From: a virus | Lineage: Duplodnaviria > Caudoviricetes | Strand: one strand, 5' to 3' | Length of the DNA stretch: 64,000 nt | IMG/VR virus record: IMGVR_UViG_3300032167_003270 | Location: 32,001 to 96,000 of that record | Part shown: one piece after another, positions 9,921 to 20,480 of the stretch | Layout of the letters: each line of letters begins with the position of its first letter | Position numbering within the stretch: the first letter of the stretch is position 1 | Translations under genes and position numbers: made by a program | The notes under the pieces: model-generated | The model's database searches: none | The model's input: the letters and a program-made list of their open reading frames with translations, nothing else | Told to the model about the DNA's origin: nothing

Positions 9921-10370
9921 TCAAAAATTTCCTAAAAATCCATAAAAACATTCTTCAATCTCACTATAATCCAATGAAATATCTTTTATGTTAATATAAT
10001 TATAGTTAGAATTATATAAATTGTCGTTTAATATTGATAATATTGTATCTTTATCCCATTTAATTTCTTGAATTGATATAACATCGTTTTTAGAATTACG
10101 AATCACACAATCAAGTGGAAACATAATACCTAGCGACATACTAATTAAATAATTATTATCATTTTGATTGATTAAATGTAAATTATTATTACCATAGAAA
10201 TTTGGTTCAAATATTGTATTTTCTAAATTAGAACTTAATACTTTATATAATTCCTCATCATTACAATCTATTTTACTACTACTATTATTAGTATTACAAT
10301 TAATTACTAAATTTATTATAGCCCAAAATCCATTATATGAATAATGACCATAATCATCTTGTAGCCTCAT
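9921..10370 (-). CDS. hypothetical protein
   Basis: 149 aa. Confidence 0.6.
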   Translation of the reverse strand: MRLQDDYGHYSYNGFWAIINLVINCNTNNSSSKIDCNDEELYKVLSSNLENTIFEPNFYGNNNLHLINQNDNNYLISMSLGIMFPLDCVIRNSKNDVISIQEIKWDKDTILSILNDNLYNSNYNYINIKDISLDYSEIEECFYGFLGNF

Positions 10371-10387
10371 AATTATTCCCCCTTATA

Positions 10388-11488
10388 TTATAAACAATTT
10401 TCTAATTCGTCTGCATATTTATAAAATTGTTCATATAATCTTAAAGATTCGATAGTGTCAGTTACTAACTTATTTAATTGAGCCTTATTATAAAGTTTTG
10501 TACTAATAATAAATTTTTCATCATCTTCATTAGTAATATCTACTATAAACTTAAAAGCGTCACTTGTTTTTTCGATTTTAATAAGTGTTTCCTTTGTATC
10601 TATTGTAACTATAACCAATATATTAGATTCATTATTATCAAAAAATTCGTCAATATCACTATCTAATTGAATTTCTAATTTAGACGAGTTTTCAATTTTA
10701 TAAACAAAATTTTTCAACTCGTCAATAAGTTGTGTGTCAATCGTTTTATAAACTTTATTTGGATTTTGTTTAATCCAATCAGTAATAGATTTATAACCAT
10801 TATTAGTTAAATATAATTTTACAGTATCACGAACATCCATAGCATTGTCATAAATAAGTTTATTAAGACCATATCCTTGATTTGCCACACTATTACGAAC
10901 CCAATCATTTTCATCATTGATAAGAATATCAAGCCCATATCCTTGTGATGCTACAGTAGTACGAACCCAAGCACTTTTATCATTTATAAGAATATCAAGT
11001 CTATAACCGTGTTTTGCTACTTTATCTCTAACTAAATCATTTTTATCATTGATAAGTATATCTAAACTATATCCGTGTTTTGCTACTTCTATACGAACCC
11101 AATCATCTTCGTCATAAATAAGTTGTTCTAAACCATAACCTTGTTTGGCTACTGTTTTACGAACTTCTGACATTTTATCATTAATAAGTATATCTAAACC
11201 ATAACCGTGTTGAGCTACCATATCCCTAATCAACCATTCTTCATCCTTAACAAGAATATTAAGTCCATAACCTTTTTTAGCCACAGCAAAACGAACATTC
11301 TTATTTTCGTCATTAACAAGAATATCTAAACCATATCCTTGTTCAGCAACAACTTCACGAACTCTATAATCTTTATCAAAAACAAGTCTATCCAAACCAT
11401 ATCCTTGTTTGGCTATTTCTATTCTTTCTTTATAGTCTTTACTCTTAACTAATTTATCTAATTCACGATTTGTACCATATCTTTGCAT
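10388..11488 (-). CDS. 24-aa tandem repeat (HEAT/LRV-like) protein with shared C-terminal domain
   Basis: about 8 repeats of GYGLDILINDExxxVRxxVAKQ; ends YADELENCL. Confidence 0.85.
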   Translation of the reverse strand: MQRYGTNRELDKLVKSKDYKERIEIAKQGYGLDRLVFDKDYRVREVVAEQGYGLDILVNDENKNVRFAVAKKGYGLNILVKDEEWLIRDMVAQHGYGLDILINDKMSEVRKTVAKQGYGLEQLIYDEDDWVRIEVAKHGYSLDILINDKNDLVRDKVAKHGYRLDILINDKSAWVRTTVASQGYGLDILINDENDWVRNSVANQGYGLNKLIYDNAMDVRDTVKLYLTNNGYKSITDWIKQNPNKVYKTIDTQLIDELKNFVYKIENSSKLEIQLDSDIDEFFDNNESNILVIVTIDTKETLIKIEKTSDAFKFIVDITNEDDEKFIISTKLYNKAQLNKLVTDTIESLRLYEQFYKYADELENCL

Positions 11489-11509
11489 ATTATATTTCTC
11501 CCTAATAAT

Positions 11510-12022
11510 TTAATTATCATATAACACAACACCATTAGATGCAATAGTTACAGAATATTTTTCATCACGAATATATTTGTCATAATCAAAATAATCTAAA
11601 AATTTAGATGGAACATCGTGTTCTTGTGCGTCTATTTCAACTTGTTCTCTTAAATAATCCTCCCAAGTTTCTTCATCAATAAACCATATATAATCATTTT
11701 TATAATCTATTGCCTCTTCAACAGACATATGATGACATTCAATAATAGCATTAACTAATCTTAAATCTTGGTCGTCTAATTCTTCTAATAATTCAATATC
11801 ATTAAGAACCTCATCAACATTAGCATATTCTAAATCGCCCCAAATTCTAGTATCAACATTTACATAATTATCTAAATCAGCAATAAACCATTCTCCACCA
11901 TCTCTATCTGGGTCTTTATCAATAAATTTACGAGCCTCTTCTGGTGTCATCCAACCATAACCTACAATACCATTATTGTATGCACCCCAAGTATTTAAGA
12001 ATATTTTAGTTTCATCTCTCAT
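11510..12022 (-). CDS. ardA: ArdA-like antirestriction (DNA mimic) protein
   Basis: WGAYNNGIVGYGW, EWFIADLD, YFDYDKYIRD motifs; highly acidic. Confidence 0.7.
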   Translation of the reverse strand: MRDETKIFLNTWGAYNNGIVGYGWMTPEEARKFIDKDPDRDGGEWFIADLDNYVNVDTRIWGDLEYANVDEVLNDIELLEELDDQDLRLVNAIIECHHMSVEEAIDYKNDYIWFIDEETWEDYLREQVEIDAQEHDVPSKFLDYFDYDKYIRDEKYSVTIASNGVVLYDN

Positions 12023-12035
12023 AAACTCACTCCTT

Positions 12036-12593
12036 TTATGACCAATTATATGCTAAAGGTTGAAAATCTGTTGATTTAATTCCAATACAATTACATTCAG
12101 TTTTCAAATTTTCAAAATAAATATTCATTATTTTATTCATTTGATTATCATAAAATACAGGAACACCTAAATTAGTATATACATATATGAAATGTCTTTC
12201 TGTATCTGGTTCAAGTTTCCATTCTATTTTATCAATAATTTTCATAGTGTCATATTGTCGAAGAATTGACGCATAATGGTCACGCAAATTTAAGTATTCC
12301 ATTGTTTTTAATGCTGTATCTTGTGTATAATTTTTATTTTTAATCATACAAGCCTCAACACATCTATCGTCTTCCTTATATACTTTTAATAAATCTTCTA
12401 ATTGTTCTTTTTCTTCTAATACATATCCCTCTTCACAAGTTTCTGATACATATTTACATATATCATTCTCAACTTGAATAGTCCACCCATTAACTATATA
12501 TTCAATTTTTTGATTATCTAATAATTCTTGACTATATGAGATATTTTGTTCTTTAAGAACTTTTTCTATAGTAATATTATCCATAATAAACAT
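12036..12593 (-). CDS. hypothetical protein
   Basis: 185 aa. Confidence 0.65.
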   Translation of the reverse strand: MFIMDNITIEKVLKEQNISYSQELLDNQKIEYIVNGWTIQVENDICKYVSETCEEGYVLEEKEQLEDLLKVYKEDDRCVEACMIKNKNYTQDTALKTMEYLNLRDHYASILRQYDTMKIIDKIEWKLEPDTERHFIYVYTNLGVPVFYDNQMNKIMNIYFENLKTECNCIGIKSTDFQPLAYNWS

Positions 12594-12599
12594 CTCCTA

Positions 12600-12914
12600 T
12601 TATAATTTTACAAGTCCTTCTTCTGGAATTGACCATACTTTTGTAAAATATTCCATTGTTTCTTTTTCATAATTTGGATAACCACATAATAAAAATTTAT
12701 TATCCATTTCTTTTAAAGCATTTATTAAATCTAATAAATATCTCTTTGATACTTTTATAATAATTATTTTATGATTAGAATTTTTAGCCTTACCTAGAAT
12801 ATATTTTAATTTAATTTTTTTATTTTTTAAATGATTTAATATCATATTATTAGGTGTTTCTAAACACATTATTTCTTGTGAAAATAATTTTGTTTTAATC
12901 GGAATCATAATCAT
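12600..12914 (-). CDS. hypothetical protein
   Basis: 104 aa, AAGGAG RBS. Confidence 0.6.
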   Translation of the reverse strand: MIMIPIKTKLFSQEIMCLETPNNMILNHLKNKKIKLKYILGKAKNSNHKIIIIKVSKRYLLDLINALKEMDNKFLLCGYPNYEKETMEYFTKVWSIPEEGLVKL

Positions 12915-12935
12915 TTGTTAAATCTCCTTTAATAT

Positions 12936-12973
12936 TAAAATGGCTTGTCTATTATTTCAAGACAAGCCACTTT
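12936..12973 (-). terminator. intrinsic terminator
   Basis: TGGCTTGTCT...AGACAAGCCA hairpin plus T-run. Confidence 0.55.
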
Positions 12974-12977
12974 ATTC

Positions 12978-13310
12978 TTATTTTAAAACCATTTTACCGT
13001 CTACCATATGAATATAACCTAAAATTTCTGTTTGATGTGGATGTTCTGGTAATGCTGTTGAATATAACATTACTGTACCACGATTATTTTTCATTTCAAT
13101 AACAAAATGTTGTAATTCTAATTCGGTTTCATAAGGTTCAGTTGCTACAAATAAATTTTCATCTTTATCATATTCAAATTCATAAATATGATTTTGTTTT
13201 AATCCCAGCTTTTCATATAATGGTTTTAATACCTCATTAAAGGAGTCATTGATAGATTTATCAACTTTCTTTAAACTAGGTTGTGTAAAAGTTTTGTCTT
13301 CATTCTGCAT
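12978..13310 (-). CDS. hypothetical protein
   Basis: 110 aa. Confidence 0.65.
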   Translation of the reverse strand: MQNEDKTFTQPSLKKVDKSINDSFNEVLKPLYEKLGLKQNHIYEFEYDKDENLFVATEPYETELELQHFVIEMKNNRGTVMLYSTALPEHPHQTEILGYIHMVDGKMVLK

Positions 13311-13339
13311 TGTTTTTAATTTCCTTTCTTTTTTAATTT

Positions 13340-15082
13340 TTATTCATATTCAAATGCAATAGGTGTTTTATGATGACGATTATAAATTCTAGTCATATTA
13401 CCCACTCTTCTACCGTCCATATCTCCACCACTCTCGTCTTCTGCGAAAGTATAGAATTGATATGTAAATGATTCATCTGCATTTAATATAATATTAAATA
13501 GCACTACAACATCAGACCTATCATTATATTCTGGAATAAGTGCTACTAACTCATTAAGTAATTGTACTGGATTCATTACAATATTTTTAGCACGAACTTT
13601 TCTTTCAAAATAGAATGTACTATTTCTATCTGCATAAGTTGCTGCTAATGAAGTACCAGCAATTCTTTTTAATACTCTACTTAATAATTTCTTATCCTTT
13701 GAATTTTTAATAATAGGTTCAATAGCCTCATCATATAATAACATATCGTCATAATATTTTTTAAGATTATTATTTACAATGAATGGTGCTAAACTTGCAA
13801 TATTTTTTGCACTAATATTATTAAATTCATAGTATATTTTTAATATATTAAGTAATTCTTCTTTTAATAACTCTGCATTTAAACTTCCTTTTAAAAAGTC
13901 AAAACAGATATATTCAACCGCAGCTGATTCTCCTTGCTTTTTAACCATTCCTGTACTAAATTTATTAAAGGTGTCTAAATTTAATACATTATCTATATCT
14001 ACATTACTTACTAATTCTGCTAATCCTACTTTTGAATATTCACTATATAAATCACTTCTAACAGCTTGAATTTTACGCTTATTGGACGTATATTCTCCAT
14101 ATTCATCTTCTATAGATTTAATAGCCTTTTTATATTCTGCTTGAGTGATTTTTCCGATAAGATTATTGTCCTCATCATATTCTAAATAAATAGTATTTAG
14201 ATATGGAATTGAAACCTCCACATAAGTATTTTTATTTTTACAAAACATAGTAATTTCTTCATTAGACATATGGTTATAACGAGAACAAGCATTATCTTTA
14301 TATGATGTTATTTCAACTTCTATATATTCATTATATTTACCATCCCAAATTTCATCAAAAAGTTCTTGTAATTCTTGTTCCATAAAACTTTCATTTGTAA
14401 CAGTAGGTAAAATAAATTTTTTACGATTTTCCTTTAAATTTTCAATATTTCTTTGAAGTTGTTCTTCTTCTTTCTTTGCTTTTAATTCATTTGCTTTAAT
14501 TTTATATTCATTTTTATTTGTTAAATATACAAGTTCAGTACATTCGTCCACAAAACTATTATTTTCATATCTTAAATATTTATCCATAACTTGATATTGT
14601 GGATTATGTAAACCACTTTGATATTTATAATCTCTATAAATAGTAAAATGAATAAACTTATCGCCTAAATCATCAATAGGTGCAAGTGTTTCAACAAAAA
14701 TTTTATACTCTTTAATTAAAGATAAACTATCTAAAACACCTTTAATATGTTTTTCTACTTCTGCCTTTTCCATAAAATCATTAGGAATAATTCTATTTAA
14801 TGCTCCTTTTACAGTAGGTCTATCGTCATATGTTGCTATTTCTTTATCTTCAACGATTGAACCATAAGGAAAGCCTTTTTCACTAACTCTGCTTTCTAAC
14901 TTTAAAGAATTTTCAGAATAACCAAATAATGATTTTCTTTTAAATGTTGCTGGTTTACCCTCTAATAAGTTTTCTACCATTTCTTGTGTAATATATTTTT
15001 CAATTTTATAATAAAAATATACACAATATCCGTCATCTCTCTTATAATAGGTATTTTTATAATGTTTTACCATCTCTCCCAT
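13340..15082 (-). CDS. large hypothetical protein
   Basis: 580 aa, AGGAGG RBS; no recognisable motif. Confidence 0.8.
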   Translation of the reverse strand: MGEMVKHYKNTYYKRDDGYCVYFYYKIEKYITQEMVENLLEGKPATFKRKSLFGYSENSLKLESRVSEKGFPYGSIVEDKEIATYDDRPTVKGALNRIIPNDFMEKAEVEKHIKGVLDSLSLIKEYKIFVETLAPIDDLGDKFIHFTIYRDYKYQSGLHNPQYQVMDKYLRYENNSFVDECTELVYLTNKNEYKIKANELKAKKEEEQLQRNIENLKENRKKFILPTVTNESFMEQELQELFDEIWDGKYNEYIEVEITSYKDNACSRYNHMSNEEITMFCKNKNTYVEVSIPYLNTIYLEYDEDNNLIGKITQAEYKKAIKSIEDEYGEYTSNKRKIQAVRSDLYSEYSKVGLAELVSNVDIDNVLNLDTFNKFSTGMVKKQGESAAVEYICFDFLKGSLNAELLKEELLNILKIYYEFNNISAKNIASLAPFIVNNNLKKYYDDMLLYDEAIEPIIKNSKDKKLLSRVLKRIAGTSLAATYADRNSTFYFERKVRAKNIVMNPVQLLNELVALIPEYNDRSDVVVLFNIILNADESFTYQFYTFAEDESGGDMDGRRVGNMTRIYNRHHKTPIAFEYE

Positions 15083-15096
15083 AATAAAATTCCTCC

Positions 15097-15300
15097 TTAT
15101 TGTATTGATTTATGTAAATTAATTACCTCTTCTATATTTAATTTACCTGTTTTCATATCTCCGTATTTTGTTTGGTTTCCTGTATTTTTTATAATATAAT
15201 TTAATAGTTTTCTACAATTATCTCTACCACAAAAAGTGATATTATCATCTTTGTCAAAACAATTATAATATAATTCATCAAATTTTTCTTTATTCATCAT
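15097..15300 (-). CDS. hypothetical protein
   Basis: 67 aa, GGAGG RBS. Confidence 0.6.
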   Translation of the reverse strand: MMNKEKFDELYYNCFDKDDNITFCGRDNCRKLLNYIIKNTGNQTKYGDMKTGKLNIEEVINLHKSIQ

Positions 15301-15313
15301 AAGTTTCCTCCAT

Positions 15314-15661
15314 TTATCTACTTAACATATCATTTAATTCTGCTGTTTCAAATCTATCGTGAATTTGATAACAACCGTCTGTTCTACCGTCATAACTTGG
15401 ATAACATAAATGATTATCTTGCATATATTCCATTAGTTCTGTTGTATATATAGGTCTATAATATGGTGGATATATCGGATTTGCACGAAGAAATTTTTGA
15501 AATTCAACTTCTTTTGTAACAACATCCCCTAATCCATAAATATATATTTTACTTCTAAATGTATCTCCATCTACAGGATAATCTTCATAATTTCTCTCTG
15601 ACCAATTTACTTTTTTCCAAATTTCTTTATCATATGACGACCAATAACCTTTAAATTCCAT
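15314..15661 (-). CDS. hypothetical protein
   Basis: 115 aa. Confidence 0.65.
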   Translation of the reverse strand: MEFKGYWSSYDKEIWKKVNWSERNYEDYPVDGDTFRSKIYIYGLGDVVTKEVEFQKFLRANPIYPPYYRPIYTTELMEYMQDNHLCYPSYDGRTDGCYQIHDRFETAELNDMLSR

Positions 15662-15753
15662 AAAATTACACCACCTTTATAATAAATAAGAATGGATATT
15701 GAATTTTATTATTTTTCAACATCCATTCTATTATTATTAAATAGTGCTTTATT

Positions 15754-16479
15754 TTATAAACAATTTTCTAAATCTATAACATATCTATTGAATTGTGGAT
15801 ATTTCTTTAATGTTTCAATTATATACTCTAGTGTTGAATTAAAAGTTATTATTGAATCAACTATAGAACTAATATAAATATCATAATCATCTATATCAAC
15901 AATAAATTTATATACTTTTTGTTCGTCTATTAGTCTTTTTTCTATTTTTATTAAACGCACATTTGTATCTCTTGTTGTTATATATATACAAATATTTTTT
16001 TCAAATAGTTTTGTTTCTTCATCATAATTTTCAATATGTATTGAGTTTGAACCGTCAATTTTATAAACAAAATCTTTTATAGTGTTAATTAAGTCAAAAT
16101 CAATTTCACCATAAACTTTATCAGGATTAGCTTTAGCCCATTCCTCTATTGATTTGTAACCATTATCTTTTAAATAATTTGTTACTGCTTTACGAACATA
16201 CTTATATTCATCATTAATGAGTATATCAAGTCCATAACCTTGTTTTGCAACTGCTATACGAACATCATCATCTTTGTCATTAATAAGTATATCAAGACCA
16301 TATCCTTGTTTTGCTACTACATCACGAACACTCCAATCTTCGTCATTAATAAGTTTATCAAGACCGTACCCATTTACAGCTAATGAGAAACGATTTAGCC
16401 AATCGTCAGAATCAACTTTTTTATCTAATTCAGGATTTGTACCATAAGGTGTCCAATTACAATTATCTGATATATACAT
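15754..16479 (-). CDS. GYGLD-repeat protein with shared C-terminal domain (paralog of 10388-11488)
   Basis: YGTNxELDK, 3 GYGLD repeats, ends DLENCL. Confidence 0.85.
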   Translation of the reverse strand: MYISDNCNWTPYGTNPELDKKVDSDDWLNRFSLAVNGYGLDKLINDEDWSVRDVVAKQGYGLDILINDKDDDVRIAVAKQGYGLDILINDEYKYVRKAVTNYLKDNGYKSIEEWAKANPDKVYGEIDFDLINTIKDFVYKIDGSNSIHIENYDEETKLFEKNICIYITTRDTNVRLIKIEKRLIDEQKVYKFIVDIDDYDIYISSIVDSIITFNSTLEYIIETLKKYPQFNRYVIDLENCL

Positions 16480-16672
16480 TTTTTATCATCTCCTTTTTAT
16501 TTTATAATAATTTTTCAGCCACACTCACTTCGTTTGCACAATTATTAAAAATTTCATATGCTAATATTTTTTCTTTTTTTCCCATTTGAGAAAAATCTCT
16601 AATTTCAAAACCATATTTTTCTAACATACGTTGTACTTTATGTTTAGATACTAATGGAGAAATCCTTTCTTT

Positions 16673-17617
16673 TTAAATATTATCAATAATATATTGAATG
16701 TCATCAATATAACATCTTAAAGGAGTTTCTTCTATCATAATAATTGTTTGATTTAATGCTTTTACTAAATCGTCTTTTACTTTTATTATTGTTCTATATC
16801 TTAAATCTGTTTCATCTTTCTCAATATTTAAAATATATTTATATGTAGTATTATCTTCATTTTCATTTTTAGTTAATTCAATGAGTTTAATTCTACCTAA
16901 ACTTGAATTTGGTTTAGTATAAATTCTTAAAGTTTCATTTTCAGAATCATTAAATTCAATACAATGAAGTTCAGCAATAAAATCTGTTGTTTCTTCAATA
17001 TTATCTTTTAACTCAACAATAAAATCACTTGTAATTTCATCTTTTTTTTCTTCAAAATATTTAGAAAGGTCAATGTTTCTCTCTTTAATTAACTCTTCGG
17101 CTGTTTCAAATACGTCTTTCCAATCTATATAATCTTTTAAATCATATACATTTCTATATATACGAACAATTATATCATTAGTACATTTTTTATGTAGTAA
17201 TATATTCTGTAATACTAAAAAGTCCTCGTCATCGGATAAATCACGAAGTATTTCTATTGAAACATTTTTATTAGAAGCAACAAAACATCTAATATCTTCC
17301 CAACCGTGCTTTGCTAGTATTTGTAACATATCTAGTGTACAATCATCTCGTTGTGCTATATTTTGTTTAATAAACACTAAATCATCGTGGTGGAAATACT
17401 CGGAATAGTCTGGTAAACTTACTATTTTATATAATATATCTTTTGAACAATTTGGTTCTTTGACAATATGATATAAAATTTTAGTATTAGTATCAACATC
17501 AAGAGTTGATAATACTTGTTCCCAAATATCAATAGGACAATCGGGCATTTTTGCTAATTTTATTCTATCTTCAATATTTGAAGAGTTTGCTAATTTTAAA
17601 TATTCATTATAACTCAT
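16673..17617 (-). CDS. LRV/HEAT-like repeat protein with shared C-terminal domain
   Basis: repeats like IAQRDDCTLDMLQILA and VASNKNVSIEILRDLS; ends YIDDIQYIIDNI. Confidence 0.8.
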   Translation of the reverse strand: MSYNEYLKLANSSNIEDRIKLAKMPDCPIDIWEQVLSTLDVDTNTKILYHIVKEPNCSKDILYKIVSLPDYSEYFHHDDLVFIKQNIAQRDDCTLDMLQILAKHGWEDIRCFVASNKNVSIEILRDLSDDEDFLVLQNILLHKKCTNDIIVRIYRNVYDLKDYIDWKDVFETAEELIKERNIDLSKYFEEKKDEITSDFIVELKDNIEETTDFIAELHCIEFNDSENETLRIYTKPNSSLGRIKLIELTKNENEDNTTYKYILNIEKDETDLRYRTIIKVKDDLVKALNQTIIMIEETPLRCYIDDIQYIIDNI

Positions 17618-17637
17618 TTTAATTCAACTCCTTAAAT

Positions 17638-18006
17638 TTAATTAAATACATCAGATAAATATTGATTGTCTTTTAGAATAACTGCATTTGGAAATAATTT
17701 ATGCTCAATTATAAAATTATCTTTATTAGGTATAAATTTATGATTTTCTCTTTTAGTCACTCTATTTACAATCATATCAAAATTATCAGCTAAATATACT
17801 TTATCTATATAAGATATTCCCTCTATATGATTTATGAACACTACATCATATAATTTACTCATCTCTAATACATAATCTTTATAAGTATTATAATTAGAAT
17901 GTAGATAATTATAGTAATCTGCATCATAGCAATTTAGATGTGTTTTACAATATGTAGTTTTTCCTAAACCAACTGATACATAAACAATCATAAGTGTCCT
18001 TTCCAA
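17638..18006 (-). CDS. small P-loop NTPase/kinase-like protein
   Basis: degenerate Walker A VSVGLGKTT followed by YDADY. Confidence 0.5.
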   Translation of the reverse strand: MERTLMIVYVSVGLGKTTYCKTHLNCYDADYYNYLHSNYNTYKDYVLEMSKLYDVVFINHIEGISYIDKVYLADNFDMIVNRVTKRENHKFIPNKDNFIIEHKLFPNAVILKDNQYLSDVFN

Positions 18007-18027
18007 CTAAAATAAATTGTTTTAAAT

Positions 18028-18216
18028 TTATAATTTATCAGCATCTAATAATTTTTCAACTAATTGTCGATTTATTTTTCTTTCTTTATTTAATTCTTTT
18101 TCAAGTCTAGCAATCGTTTTTTCTAAATCTTTACGTTCTTTATCATCTAAATGAACATATTCTGTACGACAATTACTACTACAAGCACCACAATTTGAAC
18201 CATCACAACTAGGCAT
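18028..18216 (-). CDS. Cys-rich small protein, candidate radical SAM substrate
   Basis: MPSCDGSNCGACSSNC N-terminus plus coiled-coil tail, directly downstream of the SPASM enzyme. Confidence 0.6.
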   Translation of the reverse strand: MPSCDGSNCGACSSNCRTEYVHLDDKERKDLEKTIARLEKELNKERKINRQLVEKLLDADKL

Positions 18217-18229
18217 AATAATATCCTCC

Positions 18230-19231
18230 TTATTTTCTAATTTTTAATTTCATCATATAAAGAATAACTGCTTTAAGAATATCACAAGTATAATTCTTAT
18301 TGATTTCTTTATTATTTTCTTTACAACCACCACCACATATATCTGAAATAGCACAATTTTTACAAGGCTCTGGCAATTCAAAGTTATAGCCAAGTTTATA
18401 TTTATTCTGTGCTTTAAGTTCTCCAATTATATCATTAGTATCAAATATATTGCAAATTGGTTTCTTATATACTGTAGTTTGACAAGGAAATACATCTCCA
18501 TTTACAAATATAGTAATAAGTTTCTCTCCAGCAGTACAACCCTCATATTGTGAATTGATTTTAATATTACTAAATTTGAATTTATTAAAGAAATCATAAT
18601 CATAAGATACTAAAATATCTAATACATTCATCATCTTTTCAATAATAATATTCATATCCATTTCTCCACAAAAGAAATGGTCTAAATATACACCCCAACA
18701 TAGATTTCTTTTAGCAATCCAATGTGCTAATTCTTCTATATCATCAAAACTATTTTTATCAATAACAGTAGAAATTTCCATTTCTTTTCCAATAGATAAT
18801 AATTTATCTACATTTTGCTTAACTACTTCTGCTGAACTTTCTCCATTATGAAATGGTTTAGAATATGAAAATCCATCTAATGATACACCAAATGATATAG
18901 GTCTATCTTTAAAATAATCAACCATCTCATCAGTAAGATATGTTAGATTAGTAATTACTGATACAAAACCTTTACCTTTGGAATCATTAATAAAATCATC
19001 AATATGTGATTTCCATTTATCAAACATTAATAATGGTTCTCCACCAGCTAATCTATATATAATATAATCTTTTTCTCCTGATTTAAGCATATTTAAAAAT
19101 ACTTCATTCATTCTTTTATATGTTTCATCAGACATATCTCTACCGTCTTGTTTAACATAACAATATGGACACTCTAAATTACATCGAGTGGTAGTAAAAA
19201 TCCAGGGCGACATATATTTTTGTTCATTCAT
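18230..19231 (-). CDS. radical SAM/SPASM domain protein
   Basis: CNLECPYC, GGEPLL, SLDG; SPASM CTAG...GDVFPC...CKNCAISDICGGGC. Confidence 0.92.
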   Translation of the reverse strand: MNEQKYMSPWIFTTTRCNLECPYCYVKQDGRDMSDETYKRMNEVFLNMLKSGEKDYIIYRLAGGEPLLMFDKWKSHIDDFINDSKGKGFVSVITNLTYLTDEMVDYFKDRPISFGVSLDGFSYSKPFHNGESSAEVVKQNVDKLLSIGKEMEISTVIDKNSFDDIEELAHWIAKRNLCWGVYLDHFFCGEMDMNIIIEKMMNVLDILVSYDYDFFNKFKFSNIKINSQYEGCTAGEKLITIFVNGDVFPCQTTVYKKPICNIFDTNDIIGELKAQNKYKLGYNFELPEPCKNCAISDICGGGCKENNKEINKNYTCDILKAVILYMMKLKIRK

Positions 19232-19235
19232 ATTT

Positions 19236-19442
19236 TTAATTTCCTTCCTTTACATTTACAACTGATTCTTCAATTCTATTTCCGTCACAATCATCGTGAA
19301 TGTGGTTTATTTTATCAATCGACATAATTTCTCCACATTTATCACATTTCTTATACATTAAATCAGTTTCATTATCTAATACTAAATATGTGTCACTATA
19401 TCCACATATACTACAAGTTGCAAATACTCTTATTGCCTGCAT
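19236..19442 (-). CDS. zinc-ribbon protein
   Basis: CSIC...CDKC. Confidence 0.6.
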   Translation of the reverse strand: MQAIRVFATCSICGYSDTYLVLDNETDLMYKKCDKCGEIMSIDKINHIHDDCDGNRIEESVVNVKEGN

Positions 19443-19457
19443 ATTAAATCTCCTTCT

Positions 19458-19865
19458 TTAATCTACTTTAATTACAACATAAACATATGTATCATCTTGA
19501 CGAATATATTGATGTTTATAATCTATTTTAGTTACATCATTTCTTTTCTTTATAAATGCGTCTATAAATTTATTTAATACATTATGACTACTACATTGTA
19601 ATAAACCGTTTTCATTTATACAAAAAGTTTTACTTGCACTACAATATCTAGTAAATTCTTCATATAAATCTACTGTATTATGTGTAGCTTTATTTTCAAT
19701 ATAGTCAGGATAACCATTATTTATAAATTCTTCTATAAGTTCTTCTGCTTCTTTAGTTGTATCTACAGACGCTACAACTCTATCTCTACCATCAACTATA
19801 TCATAGTCACATTCATTTTGTATTATTATATAACCTTTGTAGTCATATTTTATCTTGTTGTTCAT
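19458..19865 (-). CDS. hypothetical protein
   Basis: 135 aa. Confidence 0.65.
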   Translation of the reverse strand: MNNKIKYDYKGYIIIQNECDYDIVDGRDRVVASVDTTKEAEELIEEFINNGYPDYIENKATHNTVDLYEEFTRYCSASKTFCINENGLLQCSSHNVLNKFIDAFIKKRNDVTKIDYKHQYIRQDDTYVYVVIKVD

Positions 19866-19943
19866 TGTAATGTTCTCCCTTTATTACTTATAAATAAAAT
19901 GACCTATCTTATAAAAGATAAGTCATTTTTCACATTCTTACTA

Positions 19944-20414
19944 CTATCTCAAATCAAAATAACGGAGTAAAAATAAAGTTAAATCTTCATAAGTAGTATA
20001 TTCTCCTATTTCTGTTATATATTTTGAAGTTTGTGCGTTTATTACGTCATAACCGTCAAAATAAAAATCTCGTCCGTTTAATTCGTCCTCAAATTTTCTA
20101 ATAAAAATATCTCTAAAATTATCTTGATTTATCAAAGTTATAAGTTGATTTGAATATATATCTGCTGATTTTGTTGATTTTATTCTTCCAGGATATTCTT
20201 GGTCTTCTGGTATATACCACTCTTTCCCAAATTTAACTGCTTTAGGTAATTTACCTCTTCTAATCCATTGTCTAATTGCAATATCTGTTACACCAAGTTT
20301 TTCTGCAGCTTGGTCAGTATTTAGATAACCTATAAGTGTTCCATCTTCTCTGAAAATATCACAATCATATAAATTGTGTTTTTCAATATGTTTAATCAAT
20401 TCATTTCCAGTCAT
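19944..20414 (-). CDS. excisionase-like (HTH_17/MerR-type) DNA-binding protein
   Basis: YLNTDQAAEKLGVTDIAIRQWIRRGKLPKAVKFGKEWYIP. Confidence 0.8.
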   Translation of the reverse strand: MTGNELIKHIEKHNLYDCDIFREDGTLIGYLNTDQAAEKLGVTDIAIRQWIRRGKLPKAVKFGKEWYIPEDQEYPGRIKSTKSADIYSNQLITLINQDNFRDIFIRKFEDELNGRDFYFDGYDVINAQTSKYITEIGEYTTYEDLTLFLLRYFDLR

Positions 20415-20480
20415 AATAAACCCCCAAATAATTACACCTAATTGAAATAAAACATTTATTCCATTATAATTAAATAGAAG

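Noticed and set aside
10830-11420. 72-bp periodic repeats as a CRISPR array
   Set aside because: They are in-frame coding repeats (24-aa GYGLD units) with synonymous variation and no unique spacers
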